Below, piece by piece: positions 11,453 to 22,773 of a DNA stretch of 64,000 nt. The stretch is taken from the NCBI GenBank assembly GCA_964019335.1, contig OZ025697.1, forward strand, positions 248,001 to 312,000, read 5' to 3'. The notes under the pieces were generated by a model. It worked only from the letters and a program-made list of their open reading frames with translations, was not told where the DNA came from and made no database searches. The DNA comes from Diplonema japonicum (taxonomy: Eukaryota > Protista > Euglenozoa: Diplonemea). Numbering within the stretch: the stretch's first letter is position 1; each line of letters opens with the position of its first letter. The position numbers and the translations under genes are program-made.

Positions 11453-12522
11453 CTACTGGGGACACAAACTCTGCAAGGCAGAGACAAGGTAACCCATTGA
11501 GGAACATTCATAATGAGAAAGCGAACAAGGAAGCAACTGCGTGCCGGGAGGAGACACCATCAGGGGAGTGTACAAGTTCTTTTCCGCAGCCACCGAGAGG
11601 TGGTAAGGCGAGGGCACAGTAGGCGAGTTGAACGTAACAGTTTGGAGGCCAGGGTTCGGGTCTGGCTGGCGGGCGGCGAAGCCGCCCGCCAGCCCATACC
11701 CAACCACTGTCACAGACGACCCATTGGAAAGCAACCCAGAGGTCAAAGAAGACAGTTCCGTGTAATGGCTTTTCGATGCGAAGGCTTCAGGGATGGTGTC
11801 AAGCTCTGAAACAAAGCCTTCTCCAAAGAGATTCAAGACCGGTACGACGTACTTAACAACAGAGAAGAAGCCGTAGATGCCCCACGCTTGGAGGTCCCTC
11901 ACGAGGAGCTGCCCTCTGACGTCGGATCTGATGACCAAGATATTGTGCTTATCTTGCGTGAAGTGCAGCCACGCAACCTCTTGTGTGCGATCTTCGTTGA
12001 AATCAGGTGAGAACAAGCGTTCTGCGGTCTGGTCCTGTGGGATCTGCAGCTTGACGTTGTGGAGATTGCTCGTTTGGAACTTTTCAACAAAGGAAGGATA
12101 GTCTTGCTCATGGCTCAGCTGTGCTAGAACTGCCAGGTCGGGCACTGTGAGGTTAGCATTTCGCACTTTCACGGCGCACAGGGGAGGGGGTCTGCTCGAG
12201 ACTAGCTCCCCTGCAGCACCGTCCTGTGTTGTGCTGGCTACCTCGAAAACAACAGCTGACCAAGCGAGCAACCCAAGCATGATCCAAAGAGTGACCCTGC
12301 AGTTCACCAGCAGAACAATGCTCCCTTTAGGGTGTGCTTCCTTGCTGAGCGGTGCAGTTCTGTTGGGCTTGGCGTCTGGTGGGGGTACAGGGGAATGCTT
12401 GCAAGGGAAAGCGAAGAAAGCACGTAGCACACCACCGCACGGCACCCACGAAGCCTTCTGGTACCGTGTAGTGGAGCGAGCAAGGGAGGCCGTCGTGTCG
12501 CTTCGGGGTTCAGATTTGACCT

Positions 12523-12562
<40 letters not shown>

Positions 12563-14491
12563 CTGAGGCAATTTCAAAGGTGTGGCTTCGTCAACATCAA
12601 TTCCTTCTTCGTCCTCATGGCAGCTAAGCTTGGACACCGCTCTGGTGATGTATTCTTCTCGATCCTATTTTTTTTTTTTTTTTTTTATTATTATTATTAT
12701 TTCCTACTAGCAAACCTCTGTTTCATCCACAACATGTTTCAGCATCATCCCTTGCGTGACAACAAACAGCCCTCCGAACAGCAGCAAGGTCTCCCCAGAT
12801 GTGACCGCACACCCTATCAGACCAACGATGAGAAACACCGCTAGCAAGCCCGCCGCAACATAAGGAGTGAAACGATGGTAGGAAGAGTGCCTCCATGTCT
12901 CTCGAAGCCCGAAGAGGGATAAAAGGATAATGAGGGTGATAAGAGTCCAAGAAAGCGACATGACAGGGGTCGATCGCGACGCCAGCCAGAACAAGATGAA
13001 AATGGTGCAGAAAGCGAATGATAATAACAGAACGGAGCGGCGGAGCGAAGGGGTGTCGAGCCCGGTTTCCTTGAGTTTTCTAGACGTCCATTTCCGTTTG
13101 GCCGATACGGTCCAACCGTAGGACCATACTGCCGCGAATAGTGTCAATGAGGCAACGATGTTCCACTGCACACCAACAGAGAGACAACGCAGGAAATCGG
13201 TTCCATTCACAACAGATTCCAAAACCATACGCAGGATCGGGGCGACGACAAAACCAAGAACGGCGCATGTGATGTACTGTTGCTTTCTAACATACCCGCC
13301 TACGGGAAGATTCAAAATGGTCCTCCGCGTGCAAGGCGGTAACGAAGACCTCACATGGGGAGGAACCACATTCTCCCCTCCGCTGTAGTCGATGTCACCG
13401 TAGTATATCTCCTCGGTTTGAAAAACCCATCCTGTCACGGAACGGAACCCCACGGTGAGAAAGGACGATACCGCGTGTAACGACATAACAAAACACACGA
13501 AAAGCCCGATAGACTGCCACCCACCACGATCCGAAGACGGCAAAAACATTTCCATCAACATCATCATCTGCAGGTGAACAAGGTACATGGCAACGAACGC
13601 CAACGAAGCTGCCAACCAGAACCCAACATACGCGACAAACCCTTTCGAAGCCTGTAAATTGTTCAAAAACTCCGTTACAGTACGATTCTCCTTGTAATGC
13701 TTCCTCGCGTGTTTGACATTGGACGCCAACCAAGCTTGCCGGGAAGAAATTGAGTCGTAAGGACCAACCTTGAATTTTTTAAGCAGATAATCGAGAGTAT
13801 CGGGGCTCTTACGGTACTCCTCACTAAGCACTTTTCGGAGCTCTGGTAGGGCACCCTGGTACCCGTTAAGTGTCTCGTCGATGTCAGAAACGGTTTTTGA
13901 GGGATCGAACCTGGCGTAGAAATTTGTTAGAAACTTTCTAGCCGAGTTGGATCCAGGAGCGGAAGGACGTGATGACAACGACCTAGAAGAGCTTCGCTCT
14001 GTGACGGCGACCCAGTCCTGTTCTTCATCCGCTACGTCACTAAGCGCTTCGAGTTTTTGAAGGGCTTCAGGAGAATCTTTGTACTGTTCCGCAAGGATTT
14101 CTAGAAGATCTCTCGTTCTTCCTGTGAATGCGTCGACCTCGTCGACCACCTGATGGACTTTTTCGGGGTCGTGTTCCGTGTAGAATTCTGTCAGGATCCG
14201 GTTGAGGACCGGTTTGTTCAGTTCCTTCGCCATGATGAGCTGTGCAGCGGGGTCGTCGAGGATTTCCGCCGCCTTCTCGCTCGCCTCCTGCTCCCCTAAG
14301 CCTTGTTCCATCAGCTGCATGATAAGGTAGTTTACCAGCTCTTCGACCTGCTCCTTTGGGAACCTCACGATGATATTCTCAACCGTTTCTTCCTCCTCCT
14401 CTTCATCAACCTCCCTCCTCCCCTCTGGAATCGTCGGTTCCGGCTCCAGAACTGGTGGTTTCATTGGCTTGCCGCTGCTTCCTGAGACTGG

Positions 14492-14494
<3 letters not shown>
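11453..14494 (-). CDS. Multi-TM membrane protein with C-terminal class-3-lipase-like fold (degenerate nucleophile), ~982 aa, 3 exons
   Basis: Introns 12665-12715 and 12521-12562 join ORFs 12707-14575 and 11453-12445 in frame. Motifs VTVVGYGLAGGFAA and TVTFNSP. Confidence 0.8.
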
Positions 14495-14524
<30 letters not shown>

Positions 14525-15050
14525 CCCCTCTTCTCCCCCCTCTTTTTTTTTTTTTTTTTTTTTTTGTTCCACCACTCTAGTGAAGTTGCAGGTTGGGGGA
14601 AAATTGAGACGAGGAAAAGAAACAGAGATTTGTAAAAGTCTCTCCCACTTTTTCTTTTTCCTTCTTTTCTCCCCTTTTTTTTTTGATGCCGGTATTTGTT
14701 TTCTTTTTTTCCCCCTTTGCCCTTCCTTTTTTTCTCTTCCTTTGGGAATGATCTAAAATAAAGAAAAAGGGAAGGGAAAGGGAGGGGAAAATTGTTTTTC
14801 CGTTTGGTTTTTTTTAACTTTTTTTTTTTTCCTTCTTCTTCTTTTTCTTTCGTTCCTTTTGCGCGGCGTTCATCTCTTTTTACGAGAGCTTTAAGAGGCA
14901 GGGAAGATGGGAGATATAGAACTAAGTCTAAAGAAAGGCGGGAGAGGGGGGGGGGGGGAAGTGATGTCACCATGCTCCGCACAGTTCTAAGAGGTCAAAG
15001 GGACGAGAGGGAAATAACCGTTCCCAAAAATCCGGGGAGTAGGGCGAAAT

Positions 15051-15771
15051 TTAGCAGCTTCGTAGCGTTTCGATTTTGTCGATCTTATTAATTTTTCTTT
15101 TTTTCCCCATTTTCCCCCTTTTAACATACCAACAAAGGCCACATGGTTTCTGATCCACTTGTGATTTCAATATCGTGAACAGGGAGAACCTTGCGTAACC
15201 GGGGCTCTAGCGTGGCCCAATTTTCTTGGTGTGTGTCGAGCCGAGAGGTGATGGTTTCCAAGTTGTCATCCACACGTGGATGGAGGGATGCCCCACATGT
15301 GCACATTGTCGGGGAAGGGGGCAGTATGGCTGGCATGTAGTATGAGCCTTCTTCAATGTGCTCGAGGTTCCAGTTGGCCCCGCACGATGTGCACTCACGA
15401 CGGCCCAACAGCTTTCTAATGATGAACTCCTTCAACAAAACAAAATGAAGGGCGTAGCTGGGATTAAGCTCTGGAATGTCCCTCGCTGCTGATTCGAAGA
15501 TTTCGACCTGCTCCAAGCTCCTGGGAAACCCGTCCAAGACGAAACCTCTCGAGAACTCCTCCTTCATCCCGAGGTACACTTCATTCACCGCTTCTACAGG
15601 GGCCAGCTTGCCCTCTGCCATCGCTTCTTTCACGTCCTCGGGCATCCTTTCCTTCAACACCTTACCCATGCTTACAAATGGAACATCGAACTTCTTACTA
15701 ATCATCTTCCCATAGAAGGACTTCCCGCTTCCAGGGGAACCCAGGAGGAGGATCTTTGGAGGGGTTCTCAT
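15051..15771 (-). CDS. Adenylate kinase (Cys-containing LID)
   Basis: GSPGSGKS P-loop, GFVLDGFPRS, RRECTSC..CTCG..RVDD. Intron 15084-15129 gives the C-terminus IDKIETLRSC*. Confidence 0.93.
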
Positions 15772-15880
15772 TTCCTTTTTTTTTTTTTTCTTTTTTTTTT
15801 TCCCGGATTGCAAGGGGGAAAAAATAGATAACCATCGAGGTGGAAAAATTAAGGGGGGGAGGGGGGGAGGGGGGGGGATC

Positions 15881-16993
15881 TCAGTGGCACCCTGCATTGT
15901 CCAACGGTTTCAAGTCCTTCTTGTCGGGGTTGTGCTGGTAAGGGAACTCTTTTCTAGTGAAATTGCAGTACTGGTCTTGCTCCAAGATGGCAGTAACGGC
16001 CAGCGTGTGTAAAGGGGCGTCGCCCCACCGGTACCTGAAAATCCCATATGGCTCGTGGCTGTCGATGTAGGTGAAGAAGGATTTATAGATGGGATGGTTT
16101 TTAAGAGCAAAGGTGCCGAGCTCGAAGTTGTTGTAATACATTGGCCCCCAGAAAGATCCTTTTTTGAGGGAAAAGTCGGTGAGCCGGGAGTTGAGCCGAT
16201 GCGTCACAAGTTTTTCCGAGGCAATCCATCTCTTTGTGGTCTCCCAGAGCTGAGTGGTGACGAAAGGATTTTCCCCTTTCAGTCTATTGAACCCATAAGA
16301 GCATTCGTTCCGGGCCATTTTTTTAAAAGGATCCGATGGAACGCGGGCAGGGATGATCGAGTCGGTGTCTAACCGCAAGTAATATTTGTATTTTTTCAAG
16401 GAGTTGAAGCTCCACACAACTCCGGCCCAGAACCGGCACATTTGTCGGTATCCTCGGCCTTGGAATTTTTTCTGCGAACCGTCGGATTTCCATTTCTGAA
16501 CTTTTTCCTCGGAGACGCCTTTGGGAAGGGTGCTGAAGCTGATAAGCTCGAAAGTGACATTTACCATTGGAACTAGGTTTCTCAAACGGACGAGCTCGTC
16601 TTCCTTCACGGTGTCCTCGTGGAAAATGTGCAACGGGTATGGGAAACACCTGAAGAAGTGTGATGCCATCCTCGGTAGGGCAAAGGATGTGAAGTATCCC
16701 CCGCCGAACCGCCCCCCGTACAGAATCAACACCACCCCATTCTCCAGTTCTTTTGTAAGCTGCGGTGCGTCGTGCATTTTTATTGTGACATTTGTTTCCA
16801 TGATATCGGATTTTTCTCGTTTTTCTTCGGTGGTTTGAGCTGGTTTAACATCTGGTTTTGGGGTCGTTTCGCGTGGCTTTCTCGTTGGTATTCTTTCCAC
16901 CCCCTCGACCCCTGGGGACTCCCACCCCCACACCAACCAAACGCTCGCGATTGCACATAGAAGCAATGTCGCTGTTCTCTTTAATACTAGCAT
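15881..16993 (-). CDS. GT15 (Kre2/Mnt1-like) alpha-1,2-mannosyltransferase, type II membrane protein
   Basis: YRQMCRFW, YYLRLDTD, YYNNFELG, GIFRYRWGDAPLH. N-terminal TM after ATG 16993. Confidence 0.9.
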   Translation of the reverse strand: MLVLKRTATLLLCAIASVWLVWGWESPGVEGVERIPTRKPRETTPKPDVKPAQTTEEKREKSDIMETNVTIKMHDAPQLTKELENGVVLILYGGRFGGGYFTSFALPRMASHFFRCFPYPLHIFHEDTVKEDELVRLRNLVPMVNVTFELISFSTLPKGVSEEKVQKWKSDGSQKKFQGRGYRQMCRFWAGVVWSFNSLKKYKYYLRLDTDSIIPARVPSDPFKKMARNECSYGFNRLKGENPFVTTQLWETTKRWIASEKLVTHRLNSRLTDFSLKKGSFWGPMYYNNFELGTFALKNHPIYKSFFTYIDSHEPYGIFRYRWGDAPLHTLAVTAILEQDQYCNFTRKEFPYQHNPDKKDLKPLDNAGCH

Positions 16994-17187
16994 TTTTTTT
17001 TTTTTTGTCAGTTTATTACATGTTCCTCTTTTTCTTTTTTTTTTTTTTTTTTTTCCCGCAACAATTAACCACGTATGAATAAGAAGAGAAAAGGGTGTGT
17101 ATCGCCCCACATGCCAAAAAAAAAGAAGAAAAAAAAGAGACGGGGGGGGGGGGGGGGTATAAATAATAAAGGAATATGGAAGGAATA

Positions 17188-19262
17188 AAGGGGGGGCCCG
17201 AATAATTCCCTCCCAAATAATGTGTTTTTTCCCAAATAATTCTTTTTTTTTTCCGGGGATTTTTCCGCTCCAAATTTCCCAAATAATTCCCGATCTCCTT
17301 TTTTTTTTTTTTTTTTGAGGGGACGGAGGGGGGCTGTAGAGCTGTAGAGCTGTAGACGTGGCTGACGCCCGACCAAGAAGTGGAAGGCAGTTTATTTTAT
17401 TCAGAATGTAATGCCAAGCCCAGGCACTGTTCATCAGACTATCAATCTTAAACCTCTTTAAAATGGCCTTCTTACCCCCTACGGATGAGGACTGGTACGT
17501 GTACGACGGGCAGTTGAACGCAAACCCGTTCGGAGACGGGTTGGCGGGTGAAGAGCCTGAGGAGGAGGAGCAGGAGCAGGAGCAAGAGCAGGAAGAAGTA
17601 CATGAAAACAAGAGGAGACGCCGTGAGTACACCGTGGTGGAGAAGTTGTGGATAATTGCCTTGTGCAAGACGGCGGGTGCGGAGGCGGTGTCGCGGAAGT
17701 ACGCCTTCGCAGGCGTGACCTTGCCAGTATTATGGCAAATGAACAGGCGTACATCGACTTGTTCAATAGCCGCGACGCCAAGGCGAGGGTGAGGAGGAGG
17801 GCCCCAGGAGGCGGGAGGCCCCCACAGTTTCCTGACCAGGAAAAAGAAGCGGGGGACGAGATCCGCAAATTACGGGAAGAAAAAAAGCCCTGCACCAACC
17901 TGCAGGCCCAACAACTTCTCCAAAAGAAAATCCGCCAGTCCGACCCCATCAACAGCAATTGTGTGCTGTCTGACAAGGTCTTCGCCTCCTTCCTCAAGAG
18001 GCAAAACCTTAGTGAGAAGAAGGTCAGCAGGCTGAAGGGGAAACCGGTGGCGGAGAGGAAGCTTGAAGCTGCACGCTTCTTTAAGTTCCTGCACTCCGTC
18101 CACCGACTCTGTCCGACTGCAATAATTTGCAACATGGACGAGTCGCCTATCTGCCCACTCGGCAAACGCCTCCTCCGCATCGTCGGCCCGGTTGGGCAGG
18201 ATGCCGACATAGACGACCCCACGATCGCTGCCGCCGACACCAAAAGGCTCGCCAGTGCGATCATCACCATCATCAACACCACCGACAAGCAACCAGAGCC
18301 CATCGTGTTGCTGAAGAAGGACAGGCTCCCGTCCCAGGGAGAAATAGACAAGTGCAAAGGGGTGCAGGTCGCAGCATGCGAAAGTGGAGTTGTGGGTTCT
18401 GACTTTTTTATTAATGTCTACATCCCATACTTGCGTGCTGCGGTGCCTGAAGATGCGACGGTGCTGCTGATTTTGGACTCAGCCAGAGGCCACATCAGCG
18501 ATGCAAGCAAGGCGGCCATGAAGGCTGCAAAGATTATACCAGCTGTGATCCCTGGTGGGCTTACCACGGATCTACAACTTTTAGACGTTTTTTATTTTTC
18601 GTTATTTAAACTCCATTTTGAGGGGTTAGGAGGGCTGTGGCATGCCAAAGCAACTGAGGCGGGACATGGGTCGATGACTGCAGCAGAGCGCCGTATCAAC
18701 GTGGCACTGTGGGTAGGGCAGGCACATGAGAAGGTCATGCAACTGCTCGACACCTCTACCTGTATGCGGTCTCTCGGCTACCTACCAGGTAGTTCCGTGG
18801 AGACCATACAGCTAAGAGCACTTGGCGAAGTAAGCACTTTGAAGGAGTCGGACCCTTTAGACAGTGCAGCACAGAACGTTGTTGTGGGTGTGACAATGGA
18901 CACTACACCCGAGACTCCAGCCTCCCAAGCCCTTGCAGTTTCTCAAACCCCAACAGACTCCCAAGAAGCTTCTCAAGCCCCAGCGGCCTCTCAGACCCCT
19001 GCAACCTCCCAGCAACCACCTAATGCCAAAACCAGGCGGATTGTCTGCGACGTTTGTGGGTTCTCCACAGCCTGGGAGAAAAACTGGCAAGAACACAAGA
19101 CCAAGAAGTGCTCCAAGCCCCGCTCCCTGTTATCCATGTGGCAGGCCCCCCAGCCCAAATAAGTACAACCCAAATAAGTGTATTCCAAATAATTCTTTTT
19201 TTTTGGAGCCCAAACACCCCCCCTCCACTGCCCAAATAAAGGGATTATTCAGGGGGCCCCTT
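17188..19262 (+). mobile_element. pogo-like (Tc1/mariner/pogo) DNA transposon, ~2.07 kb
   Basis: Imperfect TIRs AAGGGGGGGCCCGAATAATTCCCT (17188-17211) and AGGGATTATTCAGGGGGCCCCTT (19240-19262). TA on both sides (17186-7, 19263-4). Encloses a transposase. Confidence 0.88.
17463..19162 (+). pseudogene. DD35D transposase (HTH + CENP-B-like HTH + DDE_1 + C-terminal C2HC finger), one frameshift near 17730
   Basis: RRREYTVVEKLWII HTH in ORF 17463. GGGRPP, CNMDESP, LILDSARGH, IPGGLTTDLQLLDV (35 residues between D2 and D3) and CDVC..H..C in ORF 17648. Confidence 0.85.
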
Positions 19263-19414
19263 TAGGTTCTTTTTTTTTTCTTTTTTTTTCTCTTTTGTTC
19301 TTTCCAAGGGCCAGAATCGAATTTCTTTATAAAAAGGCAGGCGAAAGGAAATATCAGAGGCGTTTCGCACTAATATTTTCTTATTTTTCTTCTCACTTCC
19401 ATTTTGGATACTCG

Positions 19415-19461
<47 letters not shown>

Positions 19462-19652
19462 GGGGGGAAAGGGACGGCGGCTAATAATAGCACGTCTCTC
19501 TGCTAAATTAAAAAAAAAAAAAATTATCACCATTGCACTTCGTGGTCCTTCTTCTTTTATTGTATTTCAAGGAGGATCGACAAACCGTCTTTTCATTTCC
19601 AACCTCAATAAAAAAAAAAAAAAAAAGAGAGAGAAAAAGAACACGCTTCTCC

Positions 19653-20584
19653 CTAAGCTATTAAACAGCAACACCTGCCCACACCGTCACCGTCAACATT
19701 TTTCGCCTCGTCGCTTTTCTTCAGGAGAGACCGTTGGAGTTCGCGCTCCTCCACCTCGGCAACCTCTGCGGGAGGACTGTGATCAAGCGAATCAATAAAA
19801 GACCGCACAAGCGAAGGCCACGACTGAACTTCAGTGAATGTAGAGGCAACCACGAGCTTGGACCCTGGGAGGAGGGTGTGGAGAGTCTTGGCCGACTCAA
19901 TAGGATGCATCGAGTCGCCTTCCCACGATAAGATAAGAGCAGGAATACTCGAAAGCGACTGCAGCAAAACTTGCGAAGGAAAATCAGATAAAGACGCTCC
20001 AAGCATTGCATGGGCCGCGTGTTCCGCCGAGATGAACGCAGGAGGCTCCCAAGTATGCTTTTTCCCTGCTTCGGCAAAGAGCCCTACCGGACGTGATGCC
20101 CTGTTCACTGCAAGGTATTTCTCATACCCGCCTTCCTTTGTAAAGGACGAAGAGAGAGACTCCATAAACGCTCGTTTTTCATCTCGTTTGTCGTAACAAG
20201 GTGGTGGGATGCATAGTACCAGACCCCTGACTCTTTTTGGGTCCTCCACTGCCGCGTGGAGTGTTGCGGCACACCCCATGCTCGCACCGCCTAGGATGGT
20301 TGGTTCTTCTGCAAAGATTTCCCGTGCCACTCTTACCATGTCCCCGCCGAGAGCTTTGAAAGTGTACCCGATACCGCCTTCGGACCCTTCCGATGACCCG
20401 TGGCCTCGTGAGTCATATTTCACCAGCGCGGCGTACCCTGCGTCGTCCCAGTTGAAATACCCTTCCTTTTCCTCCGAGGCCCTGCAACCGCCCATGCAGT
20501 GCGCCCACACAAAGTTACCTTGCCCGGAACCCTTCCGCGTGGTTGCTTGGAGCTCGCAGTCGTTGGTTTGTATCGTTTTCTCTT

Positions 20585-20588
<4 letters not shown>
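19653..20588 (-). CDS. Alpha/beta-fold hydrolase with C-terminal CaaX
   Basis: YDSRGHGSS, GASMG nucleophile elbow, GDSMHP. Ends RCCCLIA*. Confidence 0.9.
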
Positions 20589-20616
<28 letters not shown>

Positions 20617-20778
20617 CCTGGGTGAGAAATAGTTCGGCGGAGGGGGTAAAGAAAGAAATAAAAAAAAAAAAAAAAAAAGAAAAAAAGGGTACACATAACA
20701 AAGGGGTCGCCACTTAGTTATTGTCATATCGTCATTTCGTGAGGGAAGTGGGGGGGATGAAGAGAAGCCTTATTACAT

Positions 20779-21203
20779 TCACAGTTCTTCAGCCTTGTCA
20801 CCGAGCTTTTCCTGCGAAGGGGGATGAAGAAGAAGGGGGAAGGAGAAAGAAAAAAAAAAAAAAAAAACATACCGTGAGGGAGGCCTTGGCATCCTCGCAA
20901 GGCTTGCCACCTTCCTTGACCTTGATAAGCTCAACATCGAAGATCAGAGGAGAGAACCCAGGGATCTTGGGAGGGCTGCCCCTCTCGCCGTAAGCCATTT
21001 CGTAGGGGATGTACAACTGATTATTATTATTATTTTTTTTCCTTCCTATTTCCCCCCTCTCCCCAAAATACCTGCCATTTATCACCCTCACACATGAGCT
21101 GAAGGGCCTCGGTCCATCCCTTGATAACCTGGTTGGGTGCAAATGCAGTAGGCTGACCCCTGTCGTAGCTCGAATCGAACTTGGTCCCGTCTCTGTTAGA
21201 ATT

Positions 21204-21248
<45 letters not shown>

Positions 21249-21503
21249 CTTTTTTTTTTTCTTTTCTGATTCACACCTCAAAGTCCCGCTGTAGTGCACA
21301 TCGCACTGGTCACCCGCCCCGGGGGACTTGCTCCCGCTGCCCTTGTTCAGCACCTTGAAAAGCATACCAGAGGGCAGCTTATGAACACCTTCTTCTGCCT
21401 CCTTCGCTTTCAAGAACTTCTCACCAGTCCGCTTGTGGTACTTGTCCATGTTTCCGGCAGAGACACAGGCCACTATGCACGCAAGCCCAAGAAACACCCG
21501 CAT
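20779..21503 (-). CDS. ER-type FKBP peptidyl-prolyl isomerase, 174 aa, 4 exons
   Basis: Signal peptide. VHYSGTLR|[35 protein letters not shown]. Introns 21193-21276, 21017-21071, 20812-20872. Ends AEEL*. Confidence 0.95.
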
Positions 21504-21805
21504 CTTGCAACTAATTCTTTTTTTCCTGGAAGAAAAAAAGAGAGAGAAAAAGTACAACAGCTGAAATCGAAAAATTAAAACAAAAAAAAATAGCAGAAGG
21601 AGAGGATGGGAGGGGGGGGCGTGGAAATAGAAAATCTAAAAAAGAGAAAAAAAAAATATATCATCTAAGAAGAATCTTTAAGCTTTTTGAACTTCTAAAA
21701 AAGAATCTTTTAAAACTATCTAAGAAAAAAAGAAAAAGGAAAACCTTTATAAAACGGGAGATAAATAATAATTTATTAAAAAAGAAAAAAAAAAAGAAAA
21801 AAAAA

Positions 21806-21890
21806 CTAGCAAACCCAAGCTGATCGTGGCTTTTTATTTGCGATTAACGAGTGCTTACTACGGGGATTGACTCTGGTATCCTGCCAATCT

Positions 21891-21925
<35 letters not shown>

Positions 21926-22773
21926 CATCGTATCATACCAGAGAAAAGCAATTTAACCTCTCTGTCCAAACCGGCGACGGCTTGCTGTCTCTTAGAGTGG
22001 ATCTCGGCACCCTTTCTGTTGAGGTTTGCAAGGGTGTTGATCTGCTGCTTGACTCCTTTAAGCTTCTGGAGACGGACGTCTTTAGCAACAAGCGCATTAC
22101 GGTACCTGGAATTCTCGGAGGTCAAAGAACACCGTTCCGCTTCAAGCCGGGACTTGTCCGACTGGAGGTGAGTAATCGTACGCTGCAAGCTCTGCATCCT
22201 TCTCTGAAGATGCGCAGAGTCCGCGACAGGAGGATTGGAACGACTCCTTCTAACAACTACATGCTTGCTCGGCTGAGGGGGTTGAGGTGCTGTGGTGTAA
22301 GGTACTCTGACACGTTGATTCACCCTTTCTACAGGTGTTGTCTGGTCCCAATGAGAAAGCGACTCATGCGCACTTGGAGGATTCGGACTGTCGTGTTTTG
22401 GTGGTGTGACAGGGCGGTACACTGACACCACCCGCTTATCAGGTAAGCTATTTGTCTGCATTGTGTTCACGTTCACTATGGCAGGAGCAGCTTTTTGCTG
22501 TCTGGGTCTGGATGGTGACACGATTAGCGGGACGGGTTGCCGTGTTTTAGACTCAGACCATGAGTCCTTCACTGCCTTTACCAGATCTTTCCATCCGGTC
22601 TCGTCTGGGCTGTCAAGTCTGCTTCTTCCAGGCGAAACTCTTTTCCCGTACCCTCTTCGTCCCCCGTACCTTTCTCCGTAATACAACAGGCCTTGCTCTG
22701 CGTCTTCAGCCACGCATCTAGAACACTCTGTGGTGAGAATCGAACTCTCCGACGCTGCTCTGCTGTTCTCCAT
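21806..22773 (-). CDS. Hypothetical coiled-coil protein
   Basis: 282-aa ORF plus predicted intron 21889-21938 and a short last exon. Confidence 0.7.

Noticed and set aside
15881-17668. 595-aa ORF suggesting an N-terminally extended GT15
   Set aside because: The extension runs through poly(A) spacer and the antisense strand of the transposon; the real start is ATG 16993.
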